From an uncultured Anaerolineales bacterium (lineage in GTDB: Bacteria > Chloroflexota > Anaerolineae > CG2-30-64-16): a DNA stretch of 64,000 nt. The DNA lies in contig CAZKEF010000025.1 in assembly GCA_964551735.1 (NCBI GenBank), positions 10,595-74,594 of the forward strand, read 5' to 3'. The translations under genes were made by a program, and so were the position numbers. The notes under the pieces are model-generated. The model saw only the letters and a program-made list of their open reading frames with translations, had not been told where the DNA came from and made no database searches. Positions 40,248-50,824 of this stretch are shown in pieces. Positions within the stretch are counted from its first letter, which is position 1; each line of letters starts with the position of its first letter.

Positions 40248-41393
40248 ATGTGCACAAAATCCTCCCTCTCCGAGCTCTTTGGTGATCTGGTGATCTACCG
40301 CGACCTGAACGCGGTGGATGAACGGCTGCCGCGGTATGCCGAGGCATATGCCGAGATGGGCCTGCCGAGCCCGATGCCACCGCGCAAATTGGAACGCGCT
40401 TACGCGCAGGCGCTGGCCTGGCTGTTAGCCCGTGCCCAAGCGGTCAAGCACCCTGGCCGGCCGCTGCGCGAGATCATCTATATTGGCGACACGCTGCTCA
40501 ACGACGGCGGCGCGTTCAGCAACCTACGCACCTTCACCGGCTGGCCCGGTTGGTGCTTTATCGGCACGGAAAAGGACGAGGAGCTGGCCGTGACCGAGAA
40601 GAACGGCCTGTACCAGGCCAACCGCTGGCATGCGCTGGCTGAGTTCCTCTCGTGGCTGCAAGGCCAACAAGGCGCGGCGCTGGACGCCGGGACGGCCGTA
40701 ATCGTGGACATTGACAAGACGTTGCTGGGCGCGCGCGGCCGCAACGACGGCTCGATTGACCGTGCTCGCCTGGCCGCGATCGAGGTCACGCTGGCCGATG
40801 CCATCGGCCCGGCATTCGATCGGGCTGCGTTCCGCCAGGCCTACGCGGCACTCAATGTGGCGAAGTATCACGCGTTCACCGCCGATAACCAGGATAACGT
40901 GGCCTACATCTGCCTGATGCTGAGCGCGGGCTTCACCACGTTGGACGCCCTATTGGCGGACGTTGCCGCGGGCACCTTGCCCGACTACCACGCTTTCATG
41001 GCGCAGGTGGACGCCGCACGGGATCGCCTGCCTACGGCCGCGCTGGCCGCGCTGCACGACGACATCTACGGCCGGGTGTGTGCGGGCGACCTGACGCCAT
41101 TCAAGGCGTTCCGCAGCCGCGAGTATCGCGAGACCGTGAAACGCATGGGCCACCTGCCTGATGACACGGCCCTGGCCCGCCGGCTATTGGAAGAGATCTG
41201 CCTGACGCGCGAGGTTTTCGACGTGAGCGCCTGGCTGAAACGACGGGGCTGCCTGATGGTGGCGCTCTCTGATAAGCCAGATGAAGCCACTGCCCCCGCG
41301 GGTGAACTGACCGCGCTCGGCTACCTGCCGTTGCACCGCACAGCGACGCACGTCATCGGCCAAAGGCTGGATGGGTTATTGCCTGAGGCGTAG
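40248..41393 (+). CDS. Hypothetical protein with a HAD-like DxDxT motif (IVDIDKTLLG)
   Basis: 381 aa. Only the HAD motif I can be recognised, so the family assignment is weak. Confidence 0.45.
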   Translation: MCTKSSLSELFGDLVIYRDLNAVDERLPRYAEAYAEMGLPSPMPPRKLERAYAQALAWLLARAQAVKHPGRPLREIIYIGDTLLNDGGAFSNLRTFTGWPGWCFIGTEKDEELAVTEKNGLYQANRWHALAEFLSWLQGQQGAALDAGTAVIVDIDKTLLGARGRNDGSIDRARLAAIEVTLADAIGPAFDRAAFRQAYAALNVAKYHAFTADNQDNVAYICLMLSAGFTTLDALLADVAAGTLPDYHAFMAQVDAARDRLPTAALAALHDDIYGRVCAGDLTPFKAFRSREYRETVKRMGHLPDDTALARRLLEEICLTREVFDVSAWLKRRGCLMVALSDKPDEATAPAGELTALGYLPLHRTATHVIGQRLDGLLPEA

Positions 41394-41399
41394 TCGTGA

Positions 41400-41429
41400 T
41401 TAGACCTGCGCCCCCGTCCCTGCTATAAT
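41400..41429 (+). promoter_or_regulatory. Sigma70 promoter TTAGAC-18-TATAAT with an extended TGc -10
   Basis: Lies upstream of a GGGAGG ribosome-binding site and the TTG start at 41468. Confidence 0.5.
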
Positions 41430-41467
41430 CTTGATCGGTAAGCTCAGGAGACACGGGAGGTTGTTTC

Positions 41468-42433
41468 TTGGAAAGACACATAGCGCCATTGCGCTGTAGC
41501 GTAGGGGTTACTGCCTATAACGAAGAGGCCAATATCGGTCGGTTGCTCGATGCCTTGCTGGCTCAGCACTTGCGCGAAGTTGAGATCAGCGAGATTATCT
41601 TGGTAGCCAGTGGCTGCACCGATAATACAGTCCCCATCATCGAGTCGTACCTGGATGGAGACCCGCGCATCAAGCTGCTGGTGCAACCCAAACGCGAGGG
41701 CAAAACCGCGGCCATTAACCTCTTCTTGGCGCACGCCCGAGAGTCGATCTGCGTGCTGGAAAGTGGCGACACCTTGCCGCACGAAGACGCAGTGGAGCAC
41801 CTGGTGCGCATGTTCGCCGATCCCAGCGTGGGTATGACCGGCGCACACAAGATCCCGGTCAATACGCCCGATCATCTGGTGGGCCTGTTCACCCACATCC
41901 GGCTGCGGCTGGAGCACCAACTCTGCCTGGAGATCCCCCGCCTGGGCGAAATGATCGCATTCCGCAAGGTGTTTGACCGGCTGCCGCCCGACGTCGCGAT
42001 GGACGAGGCGTTCGTCGAAGCGCTGGTGGTAAAACGCGGGTTACAGGTGCGCTATGCGCCCGATGCGGTGGTGTATAACACCGGCCCCAACACCGTCGAG
42101 GACTTCGTGCGGCAGCGCCGGCGCAACCATGCCGGCCACCTCTACCTCAAGGCCAAGTACGGTTATGCCGTGTCGAGCATCCAGAACACGCGCGTCGCGA
42201 AGGTCGCTCTGAAGGAGATTTGGGGTGCGGTGCAGCTCGTGTGGACGCTGTTCCTGCTGGCTGTGCTGGAAAGCTGGTCACGGCTGTTGGGCTGGTATGA
42301 TTTTGCCATCAAGAAGGACCGCCACGTCGTGTGGGACATGGCATGGTCGCAGAAGACCGATGTGGAGGCCGAGCGCGCACAGATAACTGCGACCGATGAT
42401 ATTCGCCCGGCTGCGATCGCTCGCAAGAATTAG
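41468..42433 (+). CDS. Glycosyltransferase family 2
   Basis: VGVTAYNEEANIGRLLDAL... and a DxD-like ESGD motif. TTG start 7 nt after the GGGAGG ribosome-binding site. 321 aa. Confidence 0.75.
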   Translation: MERHIAPLRCSVGVTAYNEEANIGRLLDALLAQHLREVEISEIILVASGCTDNTVPIIESYLDGDPRIKLLVQPKREGKTAAINLFLAHARESICVLESGDTLPHEDAVEHLVRMFADPSVGMTGAHKIPVNTPDHLVGLFTHIRLRLEHQLCLEIPRLGEMIAFRKVFDRLPPDVAMDEAFVEALVVKRGLQVRYAPDAVVYNTGPNTVEDFVRQRRRNHAGHLYLKAKYGYAVSSIQNTRVAKVALKEIWGAVQLVWTLFLLAVLESWSRLLGWYDFAIKKDRHVVWDMAWSQKTDVEAERAQITATDDIRPAAIARKN

Positions 42434-42435
42434 GC

Positions 42436-43407
42436 GTGCACATGACACATCCCCTGCGCGACAACCTGATCACTATCCTCAAAATTGTCATCAGCATCGG
42501 CCTGATCGCGTTCGCGTTCACCCTGGTGGACATGCGCCAGGTGGGCGCACAACTGGCACGCGCGCGGCCGGCGCTGTTCGTGGTCGCACTGCTCACCTAT
42601 GTGCTGGCGATCATCGTGAACGGCGCCAAATGGCAGGTGCTGTTGCGCGCCCAGGGCATTCGCATCCCCTTCCGGGCGTTGCTACGCTTCCTATTTGTTG
42701 GCTTTTTCTTCAACAACTTCCTGCCGGCCAACGTGGGCGGCGACGTGATGCGCGGCTACGGCCTGGCGCGCTATACCGACCGCGCGGCTGATGCCGCCGT
42801 ATCGGTAATCATGGATCGCATCATCGGGCTGATGGCCTACATGAGCACTGCGGTGGTCGCCGCTATCGTCGCCGTGAACCTGACCGGCCACAGCGAACTG
42901 GCGCAGGTGGAATGGGTGGCATTGGTGGCCCTGGGGGTGCTGCTGATCGGGTTCGGGGTGCTGCTCAGCCGCCGGCTGCGCTCGTTGATCGCCCGGCTGT
43001 TCACCTGGCGTTGGCTGAAGCCGCTGGCGCCGCTGTGGGGGCGCGTCTCCGACGCGTTCAACGCGTACCGCTTCCGGTACGACGCGCTTGTCCTGGCCTT
43101 TGGCGTCGCCTTGACCGGAATCTTGTGCACCACCTTCGTCAACTGGCTGTTGTCGCAGTCCATGGGCGGGCTGATGCCGCTCTCAACCATCTTCCTGTTC
43201 AATCCGCTGATCGCCCTGGTGCTGATGATCCCCATCTCCATCGGCGGCATCGGGGTCAGCCAGACCGCGTACCCGTTCTTCTTCGGCCTGGCCGGCGTGC
43301 CCAGCGACCATGCCCTGGCGGTGTCCCTGTTGATGCAGGCCATTGCCTTGCTGGGCAGCCTGCCGGGCGGCGTGCTGTGGCTGCATACCCGGCGCGCAGC
43401 CAGATAG
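42436..43407 (+). CDS. Flippase-like / lysylphosphatidylglycerol-synthase-TM-like (UPF0104) membrane protein
   Basis: Eight predicted TMs, FNNFLPANVGGDVMRGY motif. Follows the GT2 gene by 2 nt. 323 aa. Confidence 0.65.
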   Translation: MHMTHPLRDNLITILKIVISIGLIAFAFTLVDMRQVGAQLARARPALFVVALLTYVLAIIVNGAKWQVLLRAQGIRIPFRALLRFLFVGFFFNNFLPANVGGDVMRGYGLARYTDRAADAAVSVIMDRIIGLMAYMSTAVVAAIVAVNLTGHSELAQVEWVALVALGVLLIGFGVLLSRRLRSLIARLFTWRWLKPLAPLWGRVSDAFNAYRFRYDALVLAFGVALTGILCTTFVNWLLSQSMGGLMPLSTIFLFNPLIALVLMIPISIGGIGVSQTAYPFFFGLAGVPSDHALAVSLLMQAIALLGSLPGGVLWLHTRRAAR

Positions 43408-43435
43408 GTTACTCGGTGCTGTTCAGACATATCCT

Positions 43436-43496
43436 GGAACCGAGGCTTCAGCCGGTCTCTTGTACCGAGCGCCCAACCGGCTGAAGCCTCGATTCC
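43436..43496. repeat. 61 bp hairpin repeat element (MITE/REP-like), copy B (best preserved)
   Basis: GGAACCGAGGCTTCAGCCGGT-N19-ACCGGCTGAAGCCTCGATTCC; 20 of 21 inverted-repeat positions are complementary. Confidence 0.85.
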
Positions 43497-43514
43497 GACA
43501 GACTGAGGTTCACC

Positions 43515-45455
43515 ATGACCAGATCAATGATCGCGCCCTATGGCGCATGGAAATCGCCTATCACTTCCGACCTGATCGTCGCCGGGGCCGTTGGCCTGGG
43601 TGGGATCACGGTGGATGGGGAGGACGTCTACTGGCTGGAGAGTCGCCCTACGGAGCGCGGCCGCTCGGCCCTAGCCCGCCGCTCGGCCGACGGGCAGATA
43701 GCAGATGCCATCCCCGCCCCGTTCAACGTGCGCACGCGCGTCCACGAATACGGCGGCGGTGAGTACCTGGCCGCCGGGCGCGAGGTCTTCTTCGTCAACT
43801 TCGCGGATCAGCGCGTCTACCGCCTGGCACCGGGTGGCGACGCCGCGCCGCAGCCGATCACGCCGGAGCTACCGCTGCGCTATGCCGATTTCGTGCTGGA
43901 TCGCGGCCGGGGTCGGCTAATCTGTATCCGCGAGGATCACACCGACCCGGCGCACCCTCCGGTCAGCACGGTGGTAAGCCTGGAATTGACATGCGACCCT
44001 GATGGCGGCCGGGTGCTGGCCTCGGGCAACGACTTCTACGCGTCCCCCCGGCTGAGCCCCGACGGAAGCCGGCTGGCATGGCTCACCTGGCATAACCCCA
44101 ACATGCCCTGGGACGGCAGCGAGTTGTGGGTCGCTGAGCTGGGCGCCACGGGGACGGTCAGCCGCGCCGAGCTGGTGGCCGGCGGCCCGGAGGAGTCCAT
44201 CTTCCAGCCCCAATGGTCACCCGATGGCATGCTGCACTTCATCTCCGACCGCACGGGCTGGTGGAACCTGTACCGCTGGCAGGATGGCCGCGCCGAGCCG
44301 TTGGCCGAGAAAGCGGCTGAGTTCGGCCTGCCGCAGTGGGTCTTCAACATGTCTACCTACGCCTTTGTGGACGCGGGCCGCATCGCTTGCGCATACACGG
44401 AGGCCGGCATGTGGCGACTGGCGCTGCTGGATAGCGCCACTGGCACGCTGACACCGCTCGAAATCCCGTACACTGAGATCAGCAACGTGCGCGCAGCCGG
44501 GGCGCACGTTTACTTCCTGGGTGGCGCGCCCGATCAGCCGGCCTCGGTTGTCGCGCTGGACCTCCTGACCGGCCGCTGCGCTGTGCCGCGCCGATCCAGC
44601 GACCTGGTGGTGGACGCAGGCTACATTTCACGGCCACGCACCATCGAGTTCCCCACTGAGGGCGGGCTGACCGCGTTCGGACATTTCTACCCACCATGCA
44701 ACCGCGATTACGCGGCGCCGGCCGGCGAAAAGCCGCCGCTGCTGGTCTTCAGCCATGGCGGGCCCACCGGCAACTCGTCCACCACCCTGCGCTTGGCCAT
44801 CCAATACTGGACGAGCCGCGGCTTCGCGGTGCTGGACGTGAACTACGGCGGCAGCACCGGCTACGGCCGCGCGTATCGGGAGCGGCTGACCGGCGGCTGG
44901 GGCGTGGTGGATGTAGATGACTGCGTCAGCGGCGCGCGTTACCTGGCCGGCCGCGGCGAGGTGGACGGCGGCCGGCTGGCGATCCGCGGGGGCAGCGCGG
45001 GTGGCTACACCACGCTCTGCGCGCTGACCTTCCGGGATGCATTCCGGGCTGGTGCCAGCCACTATGGCATCGGCGATCTGGAAGCGCTGGCCCTGGACAC
45101 GCACAAGTTCGAGGCGCGCTACCTGGACCGGTTGGTGGGGCCATACCCCGAACGCCGTGATCTGTACGTGGCGCGCTCGCCCATCCACTTCACCGAGCGG
45201 CTGGCCTGCCCAGTCATCTTCTTCCAGGGCCTGGACGACAAGGTGGTGCCGCCCAACCAGGCCGAGGCGATGTTCGCGGCGGTGCGGGCTAAGAGGCTGC
45301 CTACGGCCTACCTGGCGTTCGAGGAGGAGGGGCACGGCTTCCGTCAGGCGAAGAATATGAAGCGGGCGCTGGATGCTGAGCTCTACTTCTACAGCCGCGT
45401 CTTCGGGTTCGAGCTGGCCGACCCGATTGAGCCGGTAACGATCGTAAATCTTTAG
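43515..45455 (+). CDS. S9-family serine peptidase (beta-propeller + alpha/beta hydrolase; acylaminoacyl/prolyl oligopeptidase-like)
   Basis: N-terminal propeller repeats ([18 protein letters not shown]) and the catalytic GGSAGGYTT (GxSxGG) motif. 646 aa. Confidence 0.85.
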   Translation: MTRSMIAPYGAWKSPITSDLIVAGAVGLGGITVDGEDVYWLESRPTERGRSALARRSADGQIADAIPAPFNVRTRVHEYGGGEYLAAGREVFFVNFADQRVYRLAPGGDAAPQPITPELPLRYADFVLDRGRGRLICIREDHTDPAHPPVSTVVSLELTCDPDGGRVLASGNDFYASPRLSPDGSRLAWLTWHNPNMPWDGSELWVAELGATGTVSRAELVAGGPEESIFQPQWSPDGMLHFISDRTGWWNLYRWQDGRAEPLAEKAAEFGLPQWVFNMSTYAFVDAGRIACAYTEAGMWRLALLDSATGTLTPLEIPYTEISNVRAAGAHVYFLGGAPDQPASVVALDLLTGRCAVPRRSSDLVVDAGYISRPRTIEFPTEGGLTAFGHFYPPCNRDYAAPAGEKPPLLVFSHGGPTGNSSTTLRLAIQYWTSRGFAVLDVNYGGSTGYGRAYRERLTGGWGVVDVDDCVSGARYLAGRGEVDGGRLAIRGGSAGGYTTLCALTFRDAFRAGASHYGIGDLEALALDTHKFEARYLDRLVGPYPERRDLYVARSPIHFTERLACPVIFFQGLDDKVVPPNQAEAMFAAVRAKRLPTAYLAFEEEGHGFRQAKNMKRALDAELYFYSRVFGFELADPIEPVTIVNL

Positions 45456-45463
45456 ATTATCAT

Positions 45464-46108
45464 ATGCACAAGACAACGATCACCATCGAGCAAGCCCGGC
45501 TGCTCTACGAATCCGGCGGGGGCGGGCACGACTTCGACCATGTGCTGCGCGTGACCGCGCTGGCCGAACGGATTGCGGCCGCCGAGGGCGCCGACTTGGC
45601 GGTCGTGCGGACGGCAGCACTATTGCACGACGTGGCCGAAAGCCGCGCGCGGCATGATCATCACCTGCGTGGGGCTGAGCTGTCTCGGGAGATCCTGGCA
45701 GACCAGCCGGCTGACTTCGTGGATGCCGTCGCTCATGCCATCGAAGCGCACCGCTTTCGCGAGGAGCCGGCCCCGCGCACCCCTGAAGCCCAGTGTCTCT
45801 CCGATGCCGACAAGCTCGACGCCATCGGCGCTATCGGGATCGCGCGGGTGTTCGCGTACGCGGGCAATCGCGGTACGGCCCTGTGGCATCGGCCCTGGCG
45901 TGAGATCGCGGTCGAGGGTGGTGACCCCCTGCTCATGCCCAAGCTGCTAGGCGACAACTACACCCCGACTCACGAATTCGTCTACAAACTGGATCGCATC
46001 CCCGACCGGCTCTATACCGCGGCCGCGCGCGCCATCGCCGCCGAACGGCAGGCGTTCATGCGCGCGTTCTTCGAACGATTGGATGACGAGATGTTGGGGG
46101 ATACGTGA
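45464..46108 (+). CDS. HD domain phosphohydrolase
   Basis: HDFDHVLRV...LLHDVAE...LSDADKLDAIGAIG. 214 aa. Confidence 0.8.
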   Translation: MHKTTITIEQARLLYESGGGGHDFDHVLRVTALAERIAAAEGADLAVVRTAALLHDVAESRARHDHHLRGAELSREILADQPADFVDAVAHAIEAHRFREEPAPRTPEAQCLSDADKLDAIGAIGIARVFAYAGNRGTALWHRPWREIAVEGGDPLLMPKLLGDNYTPTHEFVYKLDRIPDRLYTAAARAIAAERQAFMRAFFERLDDEMLGDT

Positions 46109-46203
46109 CAACGCGATGACGTGATAACGTGCGAACGTGCTAACGTGAAATGCAAAAGTCGCGGCGCTGCAAGTCACGCATCACGTATCATGCAGCACGT
46201 CAT
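46101..46203. repeat. Short tandem repeats at the convergent junction: (NNAACGTG)x5 followed by an inverted (CACGNNN)x4
   Basis: gatacgtgacaacgcgatgacgtgataacgtgcgaacgtgctaacgtgaa ... tcacgcatcacgtatcatgcagcacgtcatcac. Confidence 0.75.
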
Positions 46204-47558
46204 CACTGCCCGATATCCAACGTCGCGGTCACCATTTCACCCGTCTGCACCGTGATGCCAGGCAGGCTGCGCGTGCCGCGCAGGTCGGGCAGCACCACTT
46301 CCACATCGTAGGCGCCGGCTCGCAGGGTGAAAGTCGCTGGATTCTCCGTGCGCCAGCCGGCCGGGTTCTGGCGGTCACCAGCCGGATAAACCATGATGTC
46401 CACCTGTGGGATCGTATTGCCCTGGGTTACTGTGACGGTCAAGGTGCCCAGGTCCAACACTACATCCCGCGAGGTCACGCTGCCCGCCATCACTTCAACC
46501 GCCGTCAAACGTTCCTCATTATCACCGGCTCGCGCTACCACATCGTACGGGCCATCCGCAAGTGCAAACTGGGCTTCAGCCTCTTGGCGCGCGGCGACGG
46601 GTGACTGCTGACCGGCCGGGTAAACCGTCACGGTAACGCCGTCCGCCAACACCCCAGGCGTCTCGAACACACGCACCAGCAAAGTCGTCGCCGGATCAAG
46701 CGTAGGCGCTTGCCCGGCTGCCGGCGCGGTTGCTGCCAACGCGGATACGTCTACAGTTTCGGCAGGCGCCTCTACCGCAATAGCCGGATCATCGTAGCCC
46801 CAGAAGCGCCAGACTACTTCCAGCCAGGGGGCCGGCTCGCCATCGGACCCAATAATGAGCAAGGTGGCCGCGGCTTGATAGATCCGGCCGCTCTCCCCGA
46901 CCCAGTACGTCACCGTGTGCGGCGCCAACAACGGGCGGAGCTGCGCCTCCAAGGCCTCTCGCTCTTCCGCCTGTGCGGCCACGGTCGAGACACCGGCGCG
47001 CAACAGGCGTTCGATAGTGGCCGCCGAGAAGAATGCCTGCACCTTGGTCGTCGGCTCGGTGACATCGGCGACGGGATCCGGCTCACCGGTCGCGATCTCA
47101 TCGGCCAGGGGGTAGAGCCGCAGCACGCTGAAGGGCGACGCCAAGCCCCAACCGGCATCAAAGCCAGCTCCCGGCCAGCGGATCCAGGTAGGATCCGTCT
47201 CGGCGCGCGTGTAGCTGCGCAGCGTCCCACCCGGTGCATCCGCCACGATGATCAATTCTTCTGGGATATCTTGGCCGTGCCGGGTGATCTGGGCCAACGC
47301 GCCCTCGCGATACTCCCCCGTGATGACGGTCAACGGCTCGTCGGGCGCCCTCGCCGGTCGCAGCGCCACCTGGTAACGGAAAGCTGTGGGCAACGCCAGG
47401 ATCGCCTGATCGGCTGCAGGCAATGGCGTGGATGTTTGAAGCACGACCGGCTGAGGCGTGGTTGGAAACTGAGTTGGCGTAGTCGGGCCAGGCGCCGATT
47501 GACAGCCGGGAAGGGCAAGCAACAGCGCCAGCAGCACCGGCAAAAACGAGCGAGTCAT
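46203..47558 (-). CDS. Hypothetical lipoprotein (lipobox LPGC), Ala/Pro/Thr-rich
   Basis: MTRSFLPVLLALLLALPGCQ. 451 aa. No recognisable catalytic motif. Confidence 0.65.
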   Translation of the reverse strand: MTRSFLPVLLALLLALPGCQSAPGPTTPTQFPTTPQPVVLQTSTPLPAADQAILALPTAFRYQVALRPARAPDEPLTVITGEYREGALAQITRHGQDIPEELIIVADAPGGTLRSYTRAETDPTWIRWPGAGFDAGWGLASPFSVLRLYPLADEIATGEPDPVADVTEPTTKVQAFFSAATIERLLRAGVSTVAAQAEEREALEAQLRPLLAPHTVTYWVGESGRIYQAAATLLIIGSDGEPAPWLEVVWRFWGYDDPAIAVEAPAETVDVSALAATAPAAGQAPTLDPATTLLVRVFETPGVLADGVTVTVYPAGQQSPVAARQEAEAQFALADGPYDVVARAGDNEERLTAVEVMAGSVTSRDVVLDLGTLTVTVTQGNTIPQVDIMVYPAGDRQNPAGWRTENPATFTLRAGAYDVEVVLPDLRGTRSLPGITVQTGEMVTATLDIGQ

Positions 47559-47711
47559 GGCAGGTCTCCAGGGGCGGCTGCACAGCCGCAGGGTGACAGG
47601 ATTATACCGCATCCGCGAGCCGAATTGAAATTGCCGGGAGACATGGTGCGATTGACACCCCTGCTGGGGCCGATTAGAATAGACGCAATCTGAGACACCA
47701 GGAGGACCCTC

Positions 47712-48179
47712 ATGGCCGAGTTAGCACTGCAGCGCGGGCTGTATTTCGAAGAATACAATATTGGCGACTTCATCACCACGCCCGGCCGTACCATCACTGA
47801 AGCTGATATCGTGAATTTCGCGGCGCTCAGCGGTGACTGGAACGCCATCCATGTGGACGCCGAATACGCCAAACAAGGCATGTTCGGTGAGCGCATCGCG
47901 CACGGTCTGCTGGGTTTGTCTATTGCGTCCGGCCTAGCGGTGCAGATGGGCTTCATCACGGGCACCGTGATCGCGTTCATGGGGCTGGACTGGAAGTTCC
48001 GCGCCGTTATCAAAATCGGCGACACCATCCACGTGCGCGCTGAAATCGCGGAGAAAAAGGCTGTGCCGCGGTTGGGCGGCGGTGTTGTCACCTTTAACGT
48101 CGAGGTAATCAACCAGCGCGGGGAGACGACGCAAAAGGGCACGTGGAGCATGCTCGTGAAATTCGGGTCGGAAGGATGA
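47712..48179 (+). CDS. MaoC-family dehydratase (R-specific enoyl-CoA hydratase-like hot dog fold)
   Basis: YNIGDFITTPGRTITEADIVNFAALSGDWNAIHVD...RIAHGLLGLS. 155 aa. Confidence 0.85.
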   Translation: MAELALQRGLYFEEYNIGDFITTPGRTITEADIVNFAALSGDWNAIHVDAEYAKQGMFGERIAHGLLGLSIASGLAVQMGFITGTVIAFMGLDWKFRAVIKIGDTIHVRAEIAEKKAVPRLGGGVVTFNVEVINQRGETTQKGTWSMLVKFGSEG

Positions 48180-48280
48180 GCAGGGTGACGCAGCGCCGGT
48201 GCACAGATGCGTCCATGGCTGGCGCGTTCGCGTCCCCTGTGCTACAATGGCGGCCTAAATGAATCTTCTTCGCGCGAGGC

Positions 48281-49291
48281 ATGATGTCACCCTGGCCTAT
48301 CACCGGACACGAGTGGGCGTTGGAACTGCTGGCGCACGCGCTCCGCGACAGCCGGCCCAGCCACGCCTACCTTTTCACCGGTCCGGCACAGGTAGGCAAG
48401 ACGACCGTCGCACGCGCGTTTGCCCAGGCGCTGGTGTGCGAGCGAAGCGATCAAAACGGGGGCACACCGTGTGCAGATGGGCAAGACGCCTGTCGCACAT
48501 GCCAGCGCGTGGCCCAGGGTCGTTATCCCGATGTTCAGCTCATCGCCGCCGAGAAGAACACGATCCAGATTGACCAGGTGCGCGCCCTACAAAGCGATGC
48601 GGCAATTGCCCCGCTTGAGGGCCGACGTAAAGTCTTCATCATCAGCGAGATCGAACGCGCCAGCTTGCCAGCCGCTAACGCGCTGCTCAAAACCCTGGAG
48701 GAGCCGCCATCGCAGGTCATCCTGCTGCTGACCACGGCACGCCGTGACCTAGTGCTGCCGACGATCCTGTCGCGCTGCCAGGTGATCGCACTGCGCGGGC
48801 TGCCGCTGGCGCAAGTGCGCGATGCACTGCAAACACGTTGGGGCGTGGATGAGGAGCGCGCCACGCTGCTGGCACAACTCAGTGCGGGACGACTGGGCTG
48901 GGCCGTGAGCGCGCACACTGATGCTGCATTGTGGGAGATGCGTGCCCGCCACCTGGATGCGCTGCTGGCGCTAACCGGCGAAGGATACCTGGGCCGGTTA
49001 GCCTATGCGGAGATGCTAAGCCGGGCGGGGGGCGAGCTGGAGACCGCGCTGGGCCTGTGGGCGACCTGGTGGCGCGATGTGCTGCTGGTGCAGCGCGGCC
49101 TGGTCACCACTGTGTTGAACCTTGACCGCAAAACGCAGCTCATACAACAGGCCGGGCTGTATCGGGCCGAGCAGGTGGAAGCGGCCCTTGCCGACTTGGT
49201 GCAGACCGTGCGCCGCATCAAAGCTAATATCAACGCGCGTCTGGCGCTCGACGTATTGCTGCTGCGTCTGCCGAGGCCGACCGTCGCCTGA
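48281..49291 (+). CDS. holB: DNA polymerase III subunit delta'
   Basis: HAYLFTGPAQVGKTTVARAFAQALVCE...C..CQ, ...LLKTLEEPP. 336 aa. Confidence 0.85.
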   Translation: MMSPWPITGHEWALELLAHALRDSRPSHAYLFTGPAQVGKTTVARAFAQALVCERSDQNGGTPCADGQDACRTCQRVAQGRYPDVQLIAAEKNTIQIDQVRALQSDAAIAPLEGRRKVFIISEIERASLPAANALLKTLEEPPSQVILLLTTARRDLVLPTILSRCQVIALRGLPLAQVRDALQTRWGVDEERATLLAQLSAGRLGWAVSAHTDAALWEMRARHLDALLALTGEGYLGRLAYAEMLSRAGGELETALGLWATWWRDVLLVQRGLVTTVLNLDRKTQLIQQAGLYRAEQVEAALADLVQTVRRIKANINARLALDVLLLRLPRPTVA

Positions 49292-49311
49292 TGGACCGAA
49301 GAGGAGTCTTT

Positions 49312-50307
49312 ATGCCGATCGTGGTCGGTGTTGCCTTTAAGCCCGTAACCCGTGTCTATTACTTCGATCCTGCAGACCTGAATGACCTACAGCCGGGAGA
49401 ACACGTAGTGGTGGAAACCTCGCGCGGCCGCTCCCTGGGCCAGATCGTGTTCGCAGCCAAGATGGTGACTGATTCGGAGATCAGCGGGAGCCTGAAACCG
49501 GTCGTGCGCCGCGCTACCGCCTGGGACATGGTCCAGAACGACCAGATGGCCCACCGCGAGCCCGAGGCGCTGGACATCTGTCGCAAGCGAGCGCGTGCAC
49601 TGGGCCTGGACATCAAGGTCGTGAAGGTGGAATTCAGTTTCGATGGCAGCAGTGCAGTCGTCTATTTCACCTCTGAGCAGCGGATTGACTTCCGTAACCT
49701 GGTGCACGAACTCTCTCAGCAGTTGCGCACCCGCGTGGAAATGCGCCAGGTGGGCGTGCGCGATGAGGCCAAGTTCCTGGGCGGGATCGGTCGATGCGGC
49801 CGAGAGTTATGCTGCGCGACCTGGCTGCGCGAGTTTGCGCCCGTCTCGATCAAGATGGCCAAAACCCAAGAACTTCCGCTGAACGCGCCGGAAGTCTCCG
49901 GCGCGTGCGGCCGTTTGTTATGCTGCCTGGCCTACGAAAACGATTTCTATGCCGAAGCGCGCAAGCAGATGCCGCGCATCAATAGCATCGTGGAAACGCC
50001 CCAGGGGCCGGGTAAGGTGAAACAAGTGCATGTGCTCACCAGTTCGATCCGTGTGCTGGTGGAGGGCCCGAACGAAACACGCCAAATGGTAGACATAGCC
50101 GTGCCAGAGCCAGTATTTCAGCTCAGGCCGCAGCAGCATGCAACCACAGCCAGCTCAGGCCGCCGGCTATCATCAGAACCCGTCGAGGAGGAAGCAGCGG
50201 AGGAATCGCCTGCCCCGGAGGCCACAAGCGAGGAGCCGTCACAAACCGAAAGCGCCACGCCGCCTTCCAAGTCGCGGCGTTCCCGTTCACGACGCAAGAA
50301 ACGCTGA
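49312..50307 (+). CDS. ricT: PSP1 domain protein RicT/YaaT homologue
   Basis: PSP1 domain with the Cys motif GRCGRELCCATWL...CGRLLCCLAYE, and a C-terminal acidic/Ser tail. Immediately downstream of holB, as in Bacillus. GAGGAG ribosome-binding site. 331 aa. Confidence 0.8.
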   Translation: MPIVVGVAFKPVTRVYYFDPADLNDLQPGEHVVVETSRGRSLGQIVFAAKMVTDSEISGSLKPVVRRATAWDMVQNDQMAHREPEALDICRKRARALGLDIKVVKVEFSFDGSSAVVYFTSEQRIDFRNLVHELSQQLRTRVEMRQVGVRDEAKFLGGIGRCGRELCCATWLREFAPVSIKMAKTQELPLNAPEVSGACGRLLCCLAYENDFYAEARKQMPRINSIVETPQGPGKVKQVHVLTSSIRVLVEGPNETRQMVDIAVPEPVFQLRPQQHATTASSGRRLSSEPVEEEAAEESPAPEATSEEPSQTESATPPSKSRRSRSRRKKR

Positions 50308-50381
50308 ACATGCCTCACGCACAGGGTGGGCGCTACGCGGCGAACGGCCCGCGCAACCCGGTCGTGCTGTGAGCAGCACAC

Positions 50382-50645
50382 TCATGATCTGGGTTCTACG
50401 ACAAACTTGATCGCAGTACGCTCCTTGCCTTCAACATCAATGTCAACAAACTCAGGGAAACACCGAATATCAATGTTGTCCGAGGCAAGATAATTCCTGG
50501 CGATCGCGATGGCCTTGATGGCTTGGTTGACGGCACTGGCGCCGATCGCCTGTACTTCAACATAACGGGTGTCGCGCATCATACCAGCAATGGCGCCAGC
50601 GACCGCAGTAGAACGAGAACGGGCCGAGACCTTGATGATGTCCAT
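50382..50645 (-). CDS. spoVS: SpoVS-family protein
   Basis: MDIIKVSARSRSTAVAGAIAGMMRD...AIGASAVNQAIKAIAIARNYL. 87 aa. Confidence 0.9.
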   Translation of the reverse strand: MDIIKVSARSRSTAVAGAIAGMMRDTRYVEVQAIGASAVNQAIKAIAIARNYLASDNIDIRCFPEFVDIDVEGKERTAIKFVVEPRS

Positions 50646-50824
50646 GGAAGCCTCCTGCGTTAAGTCGTCGTTGGCAACCGGGAAACTGACCTGCTCGGCT
50701 AATTGCGCCTGTACATACGGATTATTTTACACCCATCGCAGCCTAAATGCAAGAGGAAATGCAAGATTGGGTGAGTTCCGGGTGTGTGATAACTTCGCTA
50801 AGGACATCTTGCGTGCGTGTCGTC

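Noticed and set aside
44628-45476. 282 aa ORF antisense to the S9 peptidase
   Set aside because: The peptidase has the catalytic GxSxGG motif. The antisense ORF has none.
46710-47693. 327 aa ORF antisense to the lipoprotein gene
   Set aside because: The lipoprotein frame has a lipobox and a ribosome-binding site. The antisense ORF is Arg/Gly-rich.
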